The notes below the pieces were generated by a model. That model was not told the DNA's origin and ran no database searches. It worked only from the letters and a program-made list of their open reading frames with translations. DNA of 64,000 bases from Clostridia bacterium (GTDB taxonomy: Bacteria; Bacillota; Clostridia; Lutisporales; Lutisporaceae): assembly GCA_029256325.1 (NCBI GenBank), contig JAQSYD010000024.1, positions 3,169 through 67,168 on the forward strand. The letters are read 5' to 3'. Within the stretch, counting starts at the first letter, position 1. Each line of letters starts with the position of its first letter. The position numbers were made by a program, and so were the translations under genes. Of this stretch, positions 19,601 to 28,807 are shown piece after piece.

Positions 19601-20929
19601 CTAAAGCTCTCTATTCGCTGAATTAAACTGGGGTAGATAGCTGCTGTTTTGCTTTAAAATTTCATCCAACAGCTTCTTTGCCAAATCAATTGATGCAATT
19701 AAGGGATTTACAGCCAGTGCCATCAATGCCTTATAATAGTCTCCTGTCACGCCCGCCTCGACGGTAAGCAATTCAAAGGATTTTATGCTTTGTATCAATC
19801 CATTGATCTGAATAGGGAGCTGCCCCGTTGCCAATGGTGTTGCTCCGTTTTTCCCCACTACTGCATTGACTTCTACAATGACATCCTGTGGTAGGTTTGA
19901 GATCGCCTTATTATTGCGCACATTTACTGTATGAATGGCTTTTTTATCATTATAAATAGAGCTTATTAAAGAAACAGCTGCTTCAGAATAATATGCTCCG
20001 CCTCTTTTTTCTAATGCTGCCGGTTTTACATCAAGCAAAGGGTCCTTGTACAGCTGAAACAATTCTTGTTCAATCTGCTGCACTTGTTCCCCTCGAACAC
20101 CTTTTCCTTCCTCTAAGGACTTCCGTTCTTCCTCAAGCATTTTTTCTGTCATATAATAATATCTGTGATAGGGACATGGCAGCAGCTTCAATGCCTTGAT
20201 GAAATCCTGACTCCAATTGAGATCAGGTATATTGTTCATGGACATATATGCGCCGTCGCACACCTTATCCAGTACCCTATCTGTAACATTCTCTCCGTCC
20301 AGATATATTTCCTTTCCAAAAACCATGTGATTTAATCCTGCAAAATCTATCACGACCCTACTGCTATCCACATCCAGTATCTTTGCTACGTTATTCACCA
20401 TACCAAGAGGAACGTTGCAAAGACCTATCACCTTTACCTTGCTGTATCGCATCACTGTCTCAGTGATTATGCCGGCGGGATTTGTGAAGTTAATCAGCCA
20501 AGCATGAGGTGCCAACTCCTCTATGTCATTACATATGCTCAATAGGACGGGAATGGTGCGCATTGCCTTGGCAAAGCCCCCTGCACCATTGGTTTCTTGA
20601 CCAATTAAATTGTATTTAAGAGGTATCTTCTCATCGGCTGCTCTGCACTTAAGTCCGCCTACTCTAATTTGCGTCACGATAAAATCCGCACCAGCGATAG
20701 CTTCACGTCTATTCAAGGTTTTATAAACCCTTATATCCAGCCCAGCTTTTGCAATCATTCTTTGCGTCAATTCATATATGATATCAAGCTTATGCTTGCC
20801 TTCTTCAATGTCAACAAGGTACAGTTCTGCCACCGGTAGTTCATGGGCTCTTTTGATAAAGCCCTCTACCAGTTCCGGCGTATAGCTGCTGCCTCCACCT
20901 ATTACCGCTACCTTTAATTTATTTGCCAT
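19601..20929 (-). CDS. GH4 6-phospho-beta-glucosidase (ChbF/CelF/LicH-like)
   Basis: KVAVIGGGSSYTPE NAD-binding N-terminus and the GH4 core (GLCNVP). I place the start at the ATG at 20929 (RBS GAGGA, 7-nt spacer), not at the upstream TTG. Confidence 0.9.
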   Translation of the reverse strand: MANKLKVAVIGGGSSYTPELVEGFIKRAHELPVAELYLVDIEEGKHKLDIIYELTQRMIAKAGLDIRVYKTLNRREAIAGADFIVTQIRVGGLKCRAADEKIPLKYNLIGQETNGAGGFAKAMRTIPVLLSICNDIEELAPHAWLINFTNPAGIITETVMRYSKVKVIGLCNVPLGMVNNVAKILDVDSSRVVIDFAGLNHMVFGKEIYLDGENVTDRVLDKVCDGAYMSMNNIPDLNWSQDFIKALKLLPCPYHRYYYMTEKMLEEERKSLEEGKGVRGEQVQQIEQELFQLYKDPLLDVKPAALEKRGGAYYSEAAVSLISSIYNDKKAIHTVNVRNNKAISNLPQDVIVEVNAVVGKNGATPLATGQLPIQINGLIQSIKSFELLTVEAGVTGDYYKALMALAVNPLIASIDLAKKLLDEILKQNSSYLPQFNSANREL

Positions 20930-21003
20930 AGAATTATCCTCGCTCAATCAATAATTAATAGGGTTAAGGGCAGCTGTAGGCAGCTGCCCCCTACATTTAC
21001 ATA

Positions 21004-22160
21004 TTATGCACTTAAGCTATTGTCGCTTTTGACTTTTTCATCCTTCTCCGTGTTTACCCGGTCTGCCAGCATGACGAATGGAATATATATCACCGTTGCA
21101 ATTGCAAAATTAACTAATGCCATTAGACCTGCCAATAGACTTCCACCCGTTGCAAGGAATGCGCCTATGCCTACAGGAGTAATCCATGGAATTGCGACAT
21201 ATGTTGGAGGAATAATTCCTGTATATGTTGCAAACCAAGCGGTAAAGGTCAATACGCCAGGTACGATTATAAATGGTATGGTATTAGTGCTAAAGTTGCA
21301 CCGGAACCACCAAGGTGAACATAAGTATCAAAGAATACTCTTGTGATTGCATTTGGTGCCGCAAGCCCTTGCTGTACAGCACTTGCATTCGCTTCAAGAG
21401 CAGGAAGATACAGCGAGTTCATGATTGGATCCATAATATTTGCGCCATGTAGCCCAAAGAACCAGAATAAATTGATTAACATAGCCAGCACAATAGCTGA
21501 TCCTACACCTTGGCTAAAGCCTTGAAGCGGTTTTTGGATTGCATTGTAGATTAAGTCATAGAGGCTGTTTGCGTTAATCTTTGTGATTACAAATGCTAAT
21601 AGACCAAAGGAAAATAATGTTATAACACCAGGTATAACTGCCGCAAAGGCTTTTCCTACAGCCGGCGGTACACTGTCCGGCATTTTGATGATTACATTTT
21701 TCTTAATCAATTTAACAAAAATTTCAGTAGCGATGAGTGCAACAATAAGTCCTGTAAACAGACCAGTTGCATTTAAATATCCCCAGTGGATGAATCCCCA
21801 ACCTGCATCTCCGAAAGCTTGTGGAGTAACTGTTATGAAGGAGCCTACTGAAATCAAGCCTGCTGCAAGACCATCAACATTATAGCCCTTTGCAAGATGA
21901 TAACCAGTCGAAAAAACTACCAATAATGTCATGATTGCGAAGGTTCCCCACCATACATTACCACCGATGCCAGTTAGGAAATTTAGTGAAGGTACCCAAA
22001 CGAATAATGTATTGTTGAGCAATACTGCAAAGGATCCAGCCAAAATCAACGGCATTATGCTTACAAAACCGTCACGAATGGCAACCAGGTGTCTTTGTCC
22101 GCCGATTTTAGCGGCTATTGGTACAAAATACCTTTCCATGAATTCCATAAATCTTCTCAT
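21004..22160 (-). pseudogene. PTS cellobiose/chitobiose-family EIIC, disrupted (internal deletion plus frameshift)
   Basis: Two ORFs (21267..22160 and 21004..21252) lie in different frames. The first ends just after GGSGATLAL. The second frame reads ...IPFIIVPGVLTFTAWF... with no plausible start. The conserved loop between these motifs, roughly 40-55 aa in family members as I recall them, is missing. Confidence 0.65.
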
Positions 22161-22186
22161 ACTGATCCTCCTTTAATTTTGGTTTG

Positions 22187-22498
22187 TTATTTATTTTTGA
22201 TTAATTCCATGGCCTGTCTTATTACGGCTTCCCCATTCATCATGCCATAGTTGATGCTTTCGATAACTGCAACCGGTATTCCCTGCGGCTCTAATTCCTG
22301 TTTCATTTTATTCAGCAGATACCTCACCTGCGGAGCTAACAGCACCACGTCAGTACCATTTGTATTTTGCTTGGCATCAACTTCCGGCACTGCTATGATT
22401 TCAGCTTCAATTCCCTGCTTTTTCGCTGCATCCTTCATTTTGTTGACCAACAAGCTGGTTGACATTCCAGCAGAACAAACCAATACTATTTTTTCCAA
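22187..22498 (-). CDS. PTS cellobiose-family EIIB component
   Basis: 103 aa with the active-site Cys context VLVCSAGMSTS. Confidence 0.9.
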   Translation of the reverse strand: MEKIVLVCSAGMSTSLLVNKMKDAAKKQGIEAEIIAVPEVDAKQNTNGTDVVLLAPQVRYLLNKMKQELEPQGIPVAVIESINYGMMNGEAVIRQAMELIKNK

Positions 22499-22547
22499 GG
22501 CCTACACTCTCCTTTTTATTGATACCTTTTATACCGCCAGCACTGCA

Positions 22548-22814
22548 TCACTCCTTTGGAAGCTGATTTTTAAACAGATTTTCTAAGGCATTCGCTGCTT
22601 CAACCTCATCTCGTCCTTCTACAATAACCTCCAATTCATCTCCATTGGCAGCAGCTATGCTCAATACACCCATGATACTTTTTGCATTGGCAGCCCTGTC
22701 CTTTTTCTTAAGCGTTATATTTGAAGTGAACTTATTTGCCGTACTCACTACCATGCTGGCTGGTCTGGCATGCAGGCCGCATTTGCTTCCTACAATAACG
22801 TTTAGCTTTTCCAT
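22548..22814 (-). CDS. ptsH: Phosphocarrier protein HPr
   Basis: 88 aa with the His-15 site GLHARPAS and the Ser-46 region AKSIMGV. Confidence 0.93.
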   Translation of the reverse strand: MEKLNVIVGSKCGLHARPASMVVSTANKFTSNITLKKKDRAANAKSIMGVLSIAAANGDELEVIVEGRDEVEAANALENLFKNQLPKE

Positions 22815-22855
22815 TTCTAGCTCACACCCCTTTGATTTTTACATCCTATAATAGA

Positions 22856-22871
22856 GCAAGTTTAATGCCAA
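22856..22871 (-). promoter_or_regulatory. Sigma-54 (-24/-12) promoter of the PTS operon
   Basis: The minus strand reads TTGGCAT-TAAAC-TTGCT, about 40 nt upstream of the ptsH ATG and adjacent to the LevR-type activator gene. Confidence 0.8.
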
Positions 22872-22974
22872 GTTATGATGTTTCTTATTATAAATATAAA
22901 TTGGATTTTATAGGATCGCATCCATGGTTTTTCAACATCCTGTTCATTCCTTTATCTTATATATCTACAGCTAA

Positions 22975-23009
22975 ATAAAAAAAGAGTGTGCAATAATATT
23001 ACACACTCT
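22975..23009 (-). terminator. Rho-independent terminator of the LevR-like gene
   Basis: Stem agagtgtg / cacactct with a run of U after it on the minus strand. Confidence 0.7.
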
Positions 23010-23038
23010 TTTACACACTTTACACAGATCACTATTTT

Positions 23039-25744
23039 CTACACAATCTCTTGCAGGATATCTCCATTAGATAGCAGCATCCTGCATATGTATGCCTCTT
23101 CATGCTCTCCTATTCGAACCTCATATTGTGCCCCTAAGCCCTCAAGACAGCTTCTGACAATAGCAAGCTCCTTGCTATATTGTTTCACAAAATCCTGCAG
23201 TTCTTCAAAAAAAGTCTCCTTGCCTCCTGCCTTCAGCTTATCCAGTAGAAAGCACATATGAAGCACGATGCCAATTTTAACTTCCTCCTTAATATACAAT
23301 CCCAATCGATGCTCCATAGCAGCTAAAACATCTCTCAAGTTTTCCACCAATCTCTCGCTATCCAGCTTTATATGCTTATTGAGAGATTTCGCTATCTTTT
23401 GATAGTTACCTTCCGTTTCTAAAATATCCTTTATTTTATCTATACCCGATCCTGCCAGTACTTGTGCTGCCGTGATAAAGGGTATTTCATCTATTTCAAT
23501 ATCAATGGTGCTGGCAATTGCAAGAATCTTATGCTTCTCTCTGAGCTGCTCTACCTTATTAATAAACTCCCTTTTATTCATGATATTCAAAGGTACTATT
23601 TCTATATTTTCCGTTCTTAGGCTTTCTTCAAGGATATGCTTCAATCTTTCCGAAGCACCCTCTCCAGTAAAACAAGCAGTGATGATAATGCCTGTTTTGC
23701 CAGTCTGCTCCTGGGATCCTTCGCTGACATGATGGACAACAGGAGTTCTTAAGCTATCATATATGTAGTGGATATCCCTGCTCAAAACAGCCTTTCTGCA
23801 GGCATCAATGACCATTGGTGTACTCGTCATTTCAATTGTCTTTACCATAATACCGGTTTCTTCCTGCAGCATTTGTCCAAAGCTTGTAAGAGAACCCATA
23901 TCCACCAAAAGCAGTACTCCTCTTCCGGTATCTAGCTGTATCACCTTTTCCTTAGCAAGTTCATACATGACCTTTGGATTCATACTTATTGGCATATCCA
24001 GCGCTATTGCATGATTGACACCTATCATGGCATTGCATACCTCTGCCATACTGCTGGCAGTTGAGTTGCCATGCATCATGACCAGAATGCCTACGCAGCT
24101 TTTTTCATGTCTGCTTATCTCCACGGGCTTTGGAGATAGGAACATCGCTATATAGCCAATTTCGTCTAAGGGCGTATGTATATTGAAGGTACCGTCTAAT
24201 ATTTTAGCTGCCTCCATTGCCGCCATAAAACCTTCCGGATAGTCTACTCTTATCATATTTAGCTTAGGGTGATATATTTTGACACCCTTTTTTATTCTTT
24301 CCACAAAGCCGTGCAAATGCAAAGCCAATCCGATGTATATTTTCTCATCATATTTCCTTTGCAGCCTCTGCTCCGCAAATTTAAGCACTTCCTCCGCTGC
24401 CGTCATGATTTCACTATTAATGAGCTTGCTTAAATCTTTGCTTTGCATTCGATTAGGTATATCACCCAAGTATTTTTTGAAATGGGCTTCAATATCCAGG
24501 TTTATTGCATAGCTTATTTCCTCATTTTTCATTCCACTGTTTTTTAAGCTTTCCAGCTTACGCTCAATAATATCATAGAAATCCTCATTCAACTGTATAT
24601 CGTTTACTTCCTCATAGCTTTGTTCTTGATTTAAGCTAAACTTTATGGTCGGACTTTTACTTTTCAATAAAAATTCTATACTGTCCCGATGCTCCTGTAT
24701 CTGCATCATCCCCTTGCGCACATGCTGAGGCAGGTCAGAAGAAGTAATCAAAATAGAATCTGCTTTTTTTGCTTTGTAATTTACAAAAGACTTAGCACAG
24801 GTAAGCTGGATATCACTTTTCAGCTGTCCTATATTGTTGGGGCAATCATATAATAAAAAAGCGATAATGCTATTTTTCTCTGCATAAATGCTTTTTCCTA
24901 TTCGTCTGGACTCCTGTTTTATAAAAAGCTCTATGAGATAGTAGCGTTCTGTCAGATCCCTTGCTTTCAAATTCGGCAACTCGATCAGCATTGGAATTCT
25001 GCGGGTAAAGGTATTTAAAAGATAGGACTGTGGCTGCTCTGTTGTAGCTGCTATGATTCTAACCTCAGCGCTTAATGTCTTTTCTGTGTCTCCCAAAGGA
25101 CGAAACAGCCCCTTGTCAATAAAGGTAAAAAGCATTTCCTGTCCTTGCGGCGACAGCCGATGAACCTCATCAAGAAATAAAAAACCGCCGTCTGCCTTAC
25201 TGATCAAGCCCTCTCTATCTTTATCCGCACCTGTATATGCACCCTTTTTCACACCGAATATTTGTGATACCAGCAGCTGTGAGTTTTCAGCATAATCTGC
25301 ACAGTTAAAGCGAATAAAGGGCGCATTCTCTCTCACTGCACCAGATTCCTTTGCAAACTGGTACATAAGCTCTGCAAACATTGACTTTCCTACACCAGTC
25401 TCACCTAATATCAAGGTATGAATACCTTTTGGCGGATATAATATTGCTGCCTTGGCTTGTTGTATAGGTGTTTGCATGCTGGATTGAATTGCTGCAATTC
25501 TATCTAAGCTGCTGTCACCATCTATAGCGCTTATTTGCTGAGGTTCAGACTTATCGCTATGAAACAGCACAGGTCTGCCCTCTAACTTTGCTATCTTTTT
25601 TTCTTCATATAAACGGTTCAAGTATCTGCTGACATTAGCTCTGTCAACATTGATGGCTAAACTTATTTCATTTGCAGAAACTGCTCTGTTCACTTTCTGC
25701 TCCAGCATAATCAGAGCCTGATATATCTGTTCAACTGCCTTCAT
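23039..25744 (-). CDS. LevR-type sigma-54-dependent activator with PRD and PTS-regulatory domains
   Basis: 901 aa with an N-terminal HTH, an AAA+ domain (GETGVGKS; GAYTGA variant of GAFTGA), then PRD-like and EIIA/EIIB-like regulatory modules. Confidence 0.88.
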   Translation of the reverse strand: MKAVEQIYQALIMLEQKVNRAVSANEISLAINVDRANVSRYLNRLYEEKKIAKLEGRPVLFHSDKSEPQQISAIDGDSSLDRIAAIQSSMQTPIQQAKAAILYPPKGIHTLILGETGVGKSMFAELMYQFAKESGAVRENAPFIRFNCADYAENSQLLVSQIFGVKKGAYTGADKDREGLISKADGGFLFLDEVHRLSPQGQEMLFTFIDKGLFRPLGDTEKTLSAEVRIIAATTEQPQSYLLNTFTRRIPMLIELPNLKARDLTERYYLIELFIKQESRRIGKSIYAEKNSIIAFLLYDCPNNIGQLKSDIQLTCAKSFVNYKAKKADSILITSSDLPQHVRKGMMQIQEHRDSIEFLLKSKSPTIKFSLNQEQSYEEVNDIQLNEDFYDIIERKLESLKNSGMKNEEISYAINLDIEAHFKKYLGDIPNRMQSKDLSKLINSEIMTAAEEVLKFAEQRLQRKYDEKIYIGLALHLHGFVERIKKGVKIYHPKLNMIRVDYPEGFMAAMEAAKILDGTFNIHTPLDEIGYIAMFLSPKPVEISRHEKSCVGILVMMHGNSTASSMAEVCNAMIGVNHAIALDMPISMNPKVMYELAKEKVIQLDTGRGVLLLVDMGSLTSFGQMLQEETGIMVKTIEMTSTPMVIDACRKAVLSRDIHYIYDSLRTPVVHHVSEGSQEQTGKTGIIITACFTGEGASERLKHILEESLRTENIEIVPLNIMNKREFINKVEQLREKHKILAIASTIDIEIDEIPFITAAQVLAGSGIDKIKDILETEGNYQKIAKSLNKHIKLDSERLVENLRDVLAAMEHRLGLYIKEEVKIGIVLHMCFLLDKLKAGGKETFFEELQDFVKQYSKELAIVRSCLEGLGAQYEVRIGEHEEAYICRMLLSNGDILQEIV

Positions 25745-25894
25745 GCCCGTCCCCCCAAAGCTTTATAGTAAATGAAATAACATTGCTTCATCTTGTCCTA
25801 TTGAATTTCAACGGACTGTAAATAGTCTCATTATTTACCATATATCCTAATCATAAATAAATGCCTCTAGATTGTAAAGCATAGAATACATAAT

Positions 25895-25932
25895 GAAAAG
25901 TGCTAAGGTCATTATGAACCTCAGCACTTTTC
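25895..25932 (-). terminator. Stem-loop downstream of the GltD-like gene (possible terminator)
   Basis: A 14-bp stem gaaaagtgctaagg / cctcagcacttttc. The U-tract is better on the plus strand than on the minus strand, so the function is uncertain. Confidence 0.4.
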
Positions 25933-25957
25933 ATTTTTATTTGCTGCAAGTAAATTG

Positions 25958-27205
25958 TTATTGCATATTTTCATATTTCTTTGATACGTATTCATGCATG
26001 CATTCCGCCACTTGTTTTGAGTGTTTTACTGCTTCAACTACGTTTCTTGCACCTGTAACTACATCCCCCGAAGCAAAGACGCCTTCTTTTGTAGTTTTCC
26101 CACATGGATCTGCAAGCACCAGCCCATTATTTGAAACATTAAGCCCAGTAGTGGTAGAAACAATATTTGATTTTGGTCCTTGACTCACTGCTACTATGAT
26201 AGAATCACATTCGAACAATGCCTGGGAGTTATCTACATGAACCAGCTTTTGCACACCATCCTCTTCTACCTTCATGGTTTCAGCATAAACCACACCGTCA
26301 GGCGTAAGTTCAATGGGTGCCTTATACAGCTCAAATTTAACTCCGTCAATCTTGGCGAAATCCAATTCATATTGTGAAGCAGACATGTCTTCCATTCCCT
26401 TTCTGTACATGATGGACACCTGCTTCACACCTTTTCTTATTGCAGTTCGAGCCACGTCCATTGCAGCATTTCCAGCCCCAATAACACAAAGTTTATTTCC
26501 CAAATTGTATACTTCGGGATTCTTCAAATAGTCAATGGCAAAATGCACGTTACCCAAGCTCTCTCCCTTAATACCCAGTTTGTTCGGTTTCCACGCTCCG
26601 GTGCCAACGAACAAAGCGTCGTATCCATCATTAAACAGATCTTCAACCGTTAGAACCGGCCCAATTAAAGTATTCGGTCTAATGACTACGCCAAGCTCTA
26701 TTAATTTGTCCTTCAGCTTGTCTAAAACCTCTTTGGGCAGCCTAAATTCCGGTATACCGTATCGAAGTATTCCACCGATTTTGTCATGGGCTTCAAACAT
26801 GGTAACATTATATCCTTTTAATGCTAAAATAAATGCTATTGTAATACCCGCAGGCCCAGAACCAATGATACCGATATTTCCTTGAAGCTTTTTTTCAGGT
26901 TTTAGACTCATTACATCTAATCTATAATCAGAAATATAGTTTTCTATAGCACTGACTTGTACTGGACTTGACTTTTTCCCCAGTATACAATTACCTTCAC
27001 ATTGCTTTTCATGGGTACAAACCAATGAGCATACCACAGATAAAGGGTTATTCATAAAAAGAAGCTTACCTGCCTTGTTCATTTCACCCTCTAATAGCAG
27101 CTTTATTACATCAGGTATAGGCGTTGATACCGGACATCCCTTACTGCAAGCTGGATTTTTGCACTGCAGGCATCTTTTTGCTTCATCAACTATATATTTA
27201 GCCAT
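25958..27205 (-). CDS. GltD/NfnB-family NAD(P)H-dependent oxidoreductase (Fe-S plus FAD/NAD(P) binding)
   Basis: N-terminal Cys clusters (CLQCKNPACSKGCP...), a dinucleotide fold GIIGSGPAG and a second fold VIGAGNAAMD. Confidence 0.85.
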   Translation of the reverse strand: MAKYIVDEAKRCLQCKNPACSKGCPVSTPIPDVIKLLLEGEMNKAGKLLFMNNPLSVVCSLVCTHEKQCEGNCILGKKSSPVQVSAIENYISDYRLDVMSLKPEKKLQGNIGIIGSGPAGITIAFILALKGYNVTMFEAHDKIGGILRYGIPEFRLPKEVLDKLKDKLIELGVVIRPNTLIGPVLTVEDLFNDGYDALFVGTGAWKPNKLGIKGESLGNVHFAIDYLKNPEVYNLGNKLCVIGAGNAAMDVARTAIRKGVKQVSIMYRKGMEDMSASQYELDFAKIDGVKFELYKAPIELTPDGVVYAETMKVEEDGVQKLVHVDNSQALFECDSIIVAVSQGPKSNIVSTTTGLNVSNNGLVLADPCGKTTKEGVFASGDVVTGARNVVEAVKHSKQVAECMHEYVSKKYENMQ

Positions 27206-27297
27206 TTATTTCACTCCATAAATAATTCATATTTCAAATTCTATTGTATTTATTATACCAATTTCATCGCTATAAACGTATAATAATTATGATTTCC

Positions 27298-27918
27298 TTA
27301 CTCTACCAGCTTAATTGCATATATTTTCTCATCCATGTCCAATACCTTGTTGAACAGCTCTTCCAAGGCCTGCAGCTTTCTTATAAGATATTGTTGATTG
27401 CCAAATTTCGGGATATGTATATGCATGTAAGCCCTGATCCCCAACAATAAAATCTCAGTAATTTCTTCAGGATGGCCTACCTTGAATATACCCTCATCTA
27501 TTCCCTGCTTTATCACTTCAACTATGATTGGATTAAAACGTTCATGAAACTTTTCATCTAAAACTTGATGCAGTCTTGCATTTTTGTTATCCTCAACATG
27601 CTTTGTCAAATGCGTAGGGCCTTGATTGTTGGATAAGATGTTTTTCAGTATAAACATTAGCTTTTCGTAAGCATTGCTAGAGCCATTCTCTGAGGCTGCT
27701 TTAACATGCTCTGCATATTTGTCCAGGTAATCCTCCAACACTGCCTCCAAAATCTGTTCTTTAGACTTAAAATAATGATAGAAAGTCCCCTTTGCCACAC
27801 CCAATTGCTCTACTATCATATTTACAGAGGTCTCCTCATAGCCTTTATTCAAAAAAAGCTGAGCAGCCATGTCCATAATTTCTCTTTTTCTTTCCTTTGG
27901 ATCCTTAACTATCCTCAT
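27298..27918 (-). CDS. TetR/AcrR-family transcriptional regulator
   Basis: N-terminal HTH (ERKREIMDMAAQLFLNKGYEETSVNMIVEQLGVAKGTFYHYF). Confidence 0.92.
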   Translation of the reverse strand: MRIVKDPKERKREIMDMAAQLFLNKGYEETSVNMIVEQLGVAKGTFYHYFKSKEQILEAVLEDYLDKYAEHVKAASENGSSNAYEKLMFILKNILSNNQGPTHLTKHVEDNKNARLHQVLDEKFHERFNPIIVEVIKQGIDEGIFKVGHPEEITEILLLGIRAYMHIHIPKFGNQQYLIRKLQALEELFNKVLDMDEKIYAIKLVE

Positions 27919-27936
27919 CTCTAACCTCCTGAGAAT

Positions 27937-28698
27937 CTATATCTGTGCTGATATTTGTTCCTCAATACTCTTATTCCTTGATGCTACTTTTCTTTTCAAC
28001 ACGCTGCTTTTACAAGCGCTGCAGCACTCACCGCACAATATACAGTCCAAGCTGTCCATCTTGCTCTGCTTCACCATCTCAGCCACATTTAGGCTCATAG
28101 GACATGCTTTGTTGCATTGCTTGCAGCTGGTACACTTCTCCGATTCAGCTGTTAATCTTAGTGAAGGCAGGTTCATCATATTCTTCACCTTAGTACCGGT
28201 TACGTTCAAAATTGACATAGGGCATAGGTAATGACACGAAGCCCTTTTCCCCATCAGTAAGGGCAGTATAAGCAATGCAAATACAATAATGTAATAGCCC
28301 ATAAGCTTATATATATTATCTACAGAAACAAAGCTCTCTGTTAGGTAGAGAGGGTTAACCCTCACACTTCCTATATTTAAAGCTGTCAGAATGATAATAG
28401 GTGCAACCCACAAAATACCCAATACATATCTCATTCCTCTCATCCAGCGCACTTGCTTCAGAGGTTTCTTGATAGCCAAGTCTACTGACATCTGCAGCGC
28501 CCCATAAGGACATATATAAGAGCAAAATGCTCTTCCTACAAACAATGAACTGACCAGCATCAGCAGCCAGACAAAAAACGCACCTGCTAAAACCTTATTT
28601 GCTAATCCATCTATAATGATATACGGAGAGAAATAATTCAGCGTAACCGGTAATAGCAGCAGCAGTATAAATAGCAACAACCTTCTTTTATTTATCAT
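27937..28698 (-). CDS. Membrane-bound 4Fe-4S polyferredoxin-like protein (NapH/COG0348-like)
   Basis: Several TM helices with CSYICPYG and CHYLCP motifs, plus C-terminal CTSCKQCNKACP and CILCGECCSAC clusters. Confidence 0.8.
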   Translation of the reverse strand: MINKRRLLLFILLLLLPVTLNYFSPYIIIDGLANKVLAGAFFVWLLMLVSSLFVGRAFCSYICPYGALQMSVDLAIKKPLKQVRWMRGMRYVLGILWVAPIIILTALNIGSVRVNPLYLTESFVSVDNIYKLMGYYIIVFALLILPLLMGKRASCHYLCPMSILNVTGTKVKNMMNLPSLRLTAESEKCTSCKQCNKACPMSLNVAEMVKQSKMDSLDCILCGECCSACKSSVLKRKVASRNKSIEEQISAQI

Positions 28699-28729
28699 AC
28701 GATATCCCCCTATTATTTAATATAGGATG

Positions 28730-28759
28730 ATTATAGCTCATTGACTGACCGTCGGTCAA
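28730..28759 (-). promoter_or_regulatory. Promoter with overlapping TetR-type operator
   Basis: The minus strand reads TTGACC, 18 nt, TATAAT. The perfect palindrome TGACCG-N-CGGTCA (28746..28758) overlaps the -35 and the spacer. Confidence 0.6.
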
Positions 28760-28771
28760 TAGGTTGGTAAA

Positions 28772-28800
28772 AAATAATTCGCAGAATATACGAATTATTT
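28772..28800 (-). terminator. Rho-independent terminator of the 756-aa kinase gene
   Basis: A 9-bp stem aataattcg / cgaattatt followed on the minus strand by UUUUUACC. Confidence 0.6.
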
Positions 28801-28807
28801 TAATGGC

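Noticed and set aside
21004-21252. 82-aa ORF as a separate small membrane protein gene
   Set aside because: It corresponds to the conserved C-terminal helices of PTS EIIC and starts at a TTG with no RBS. I treat it as part of the disrupted EIIC.
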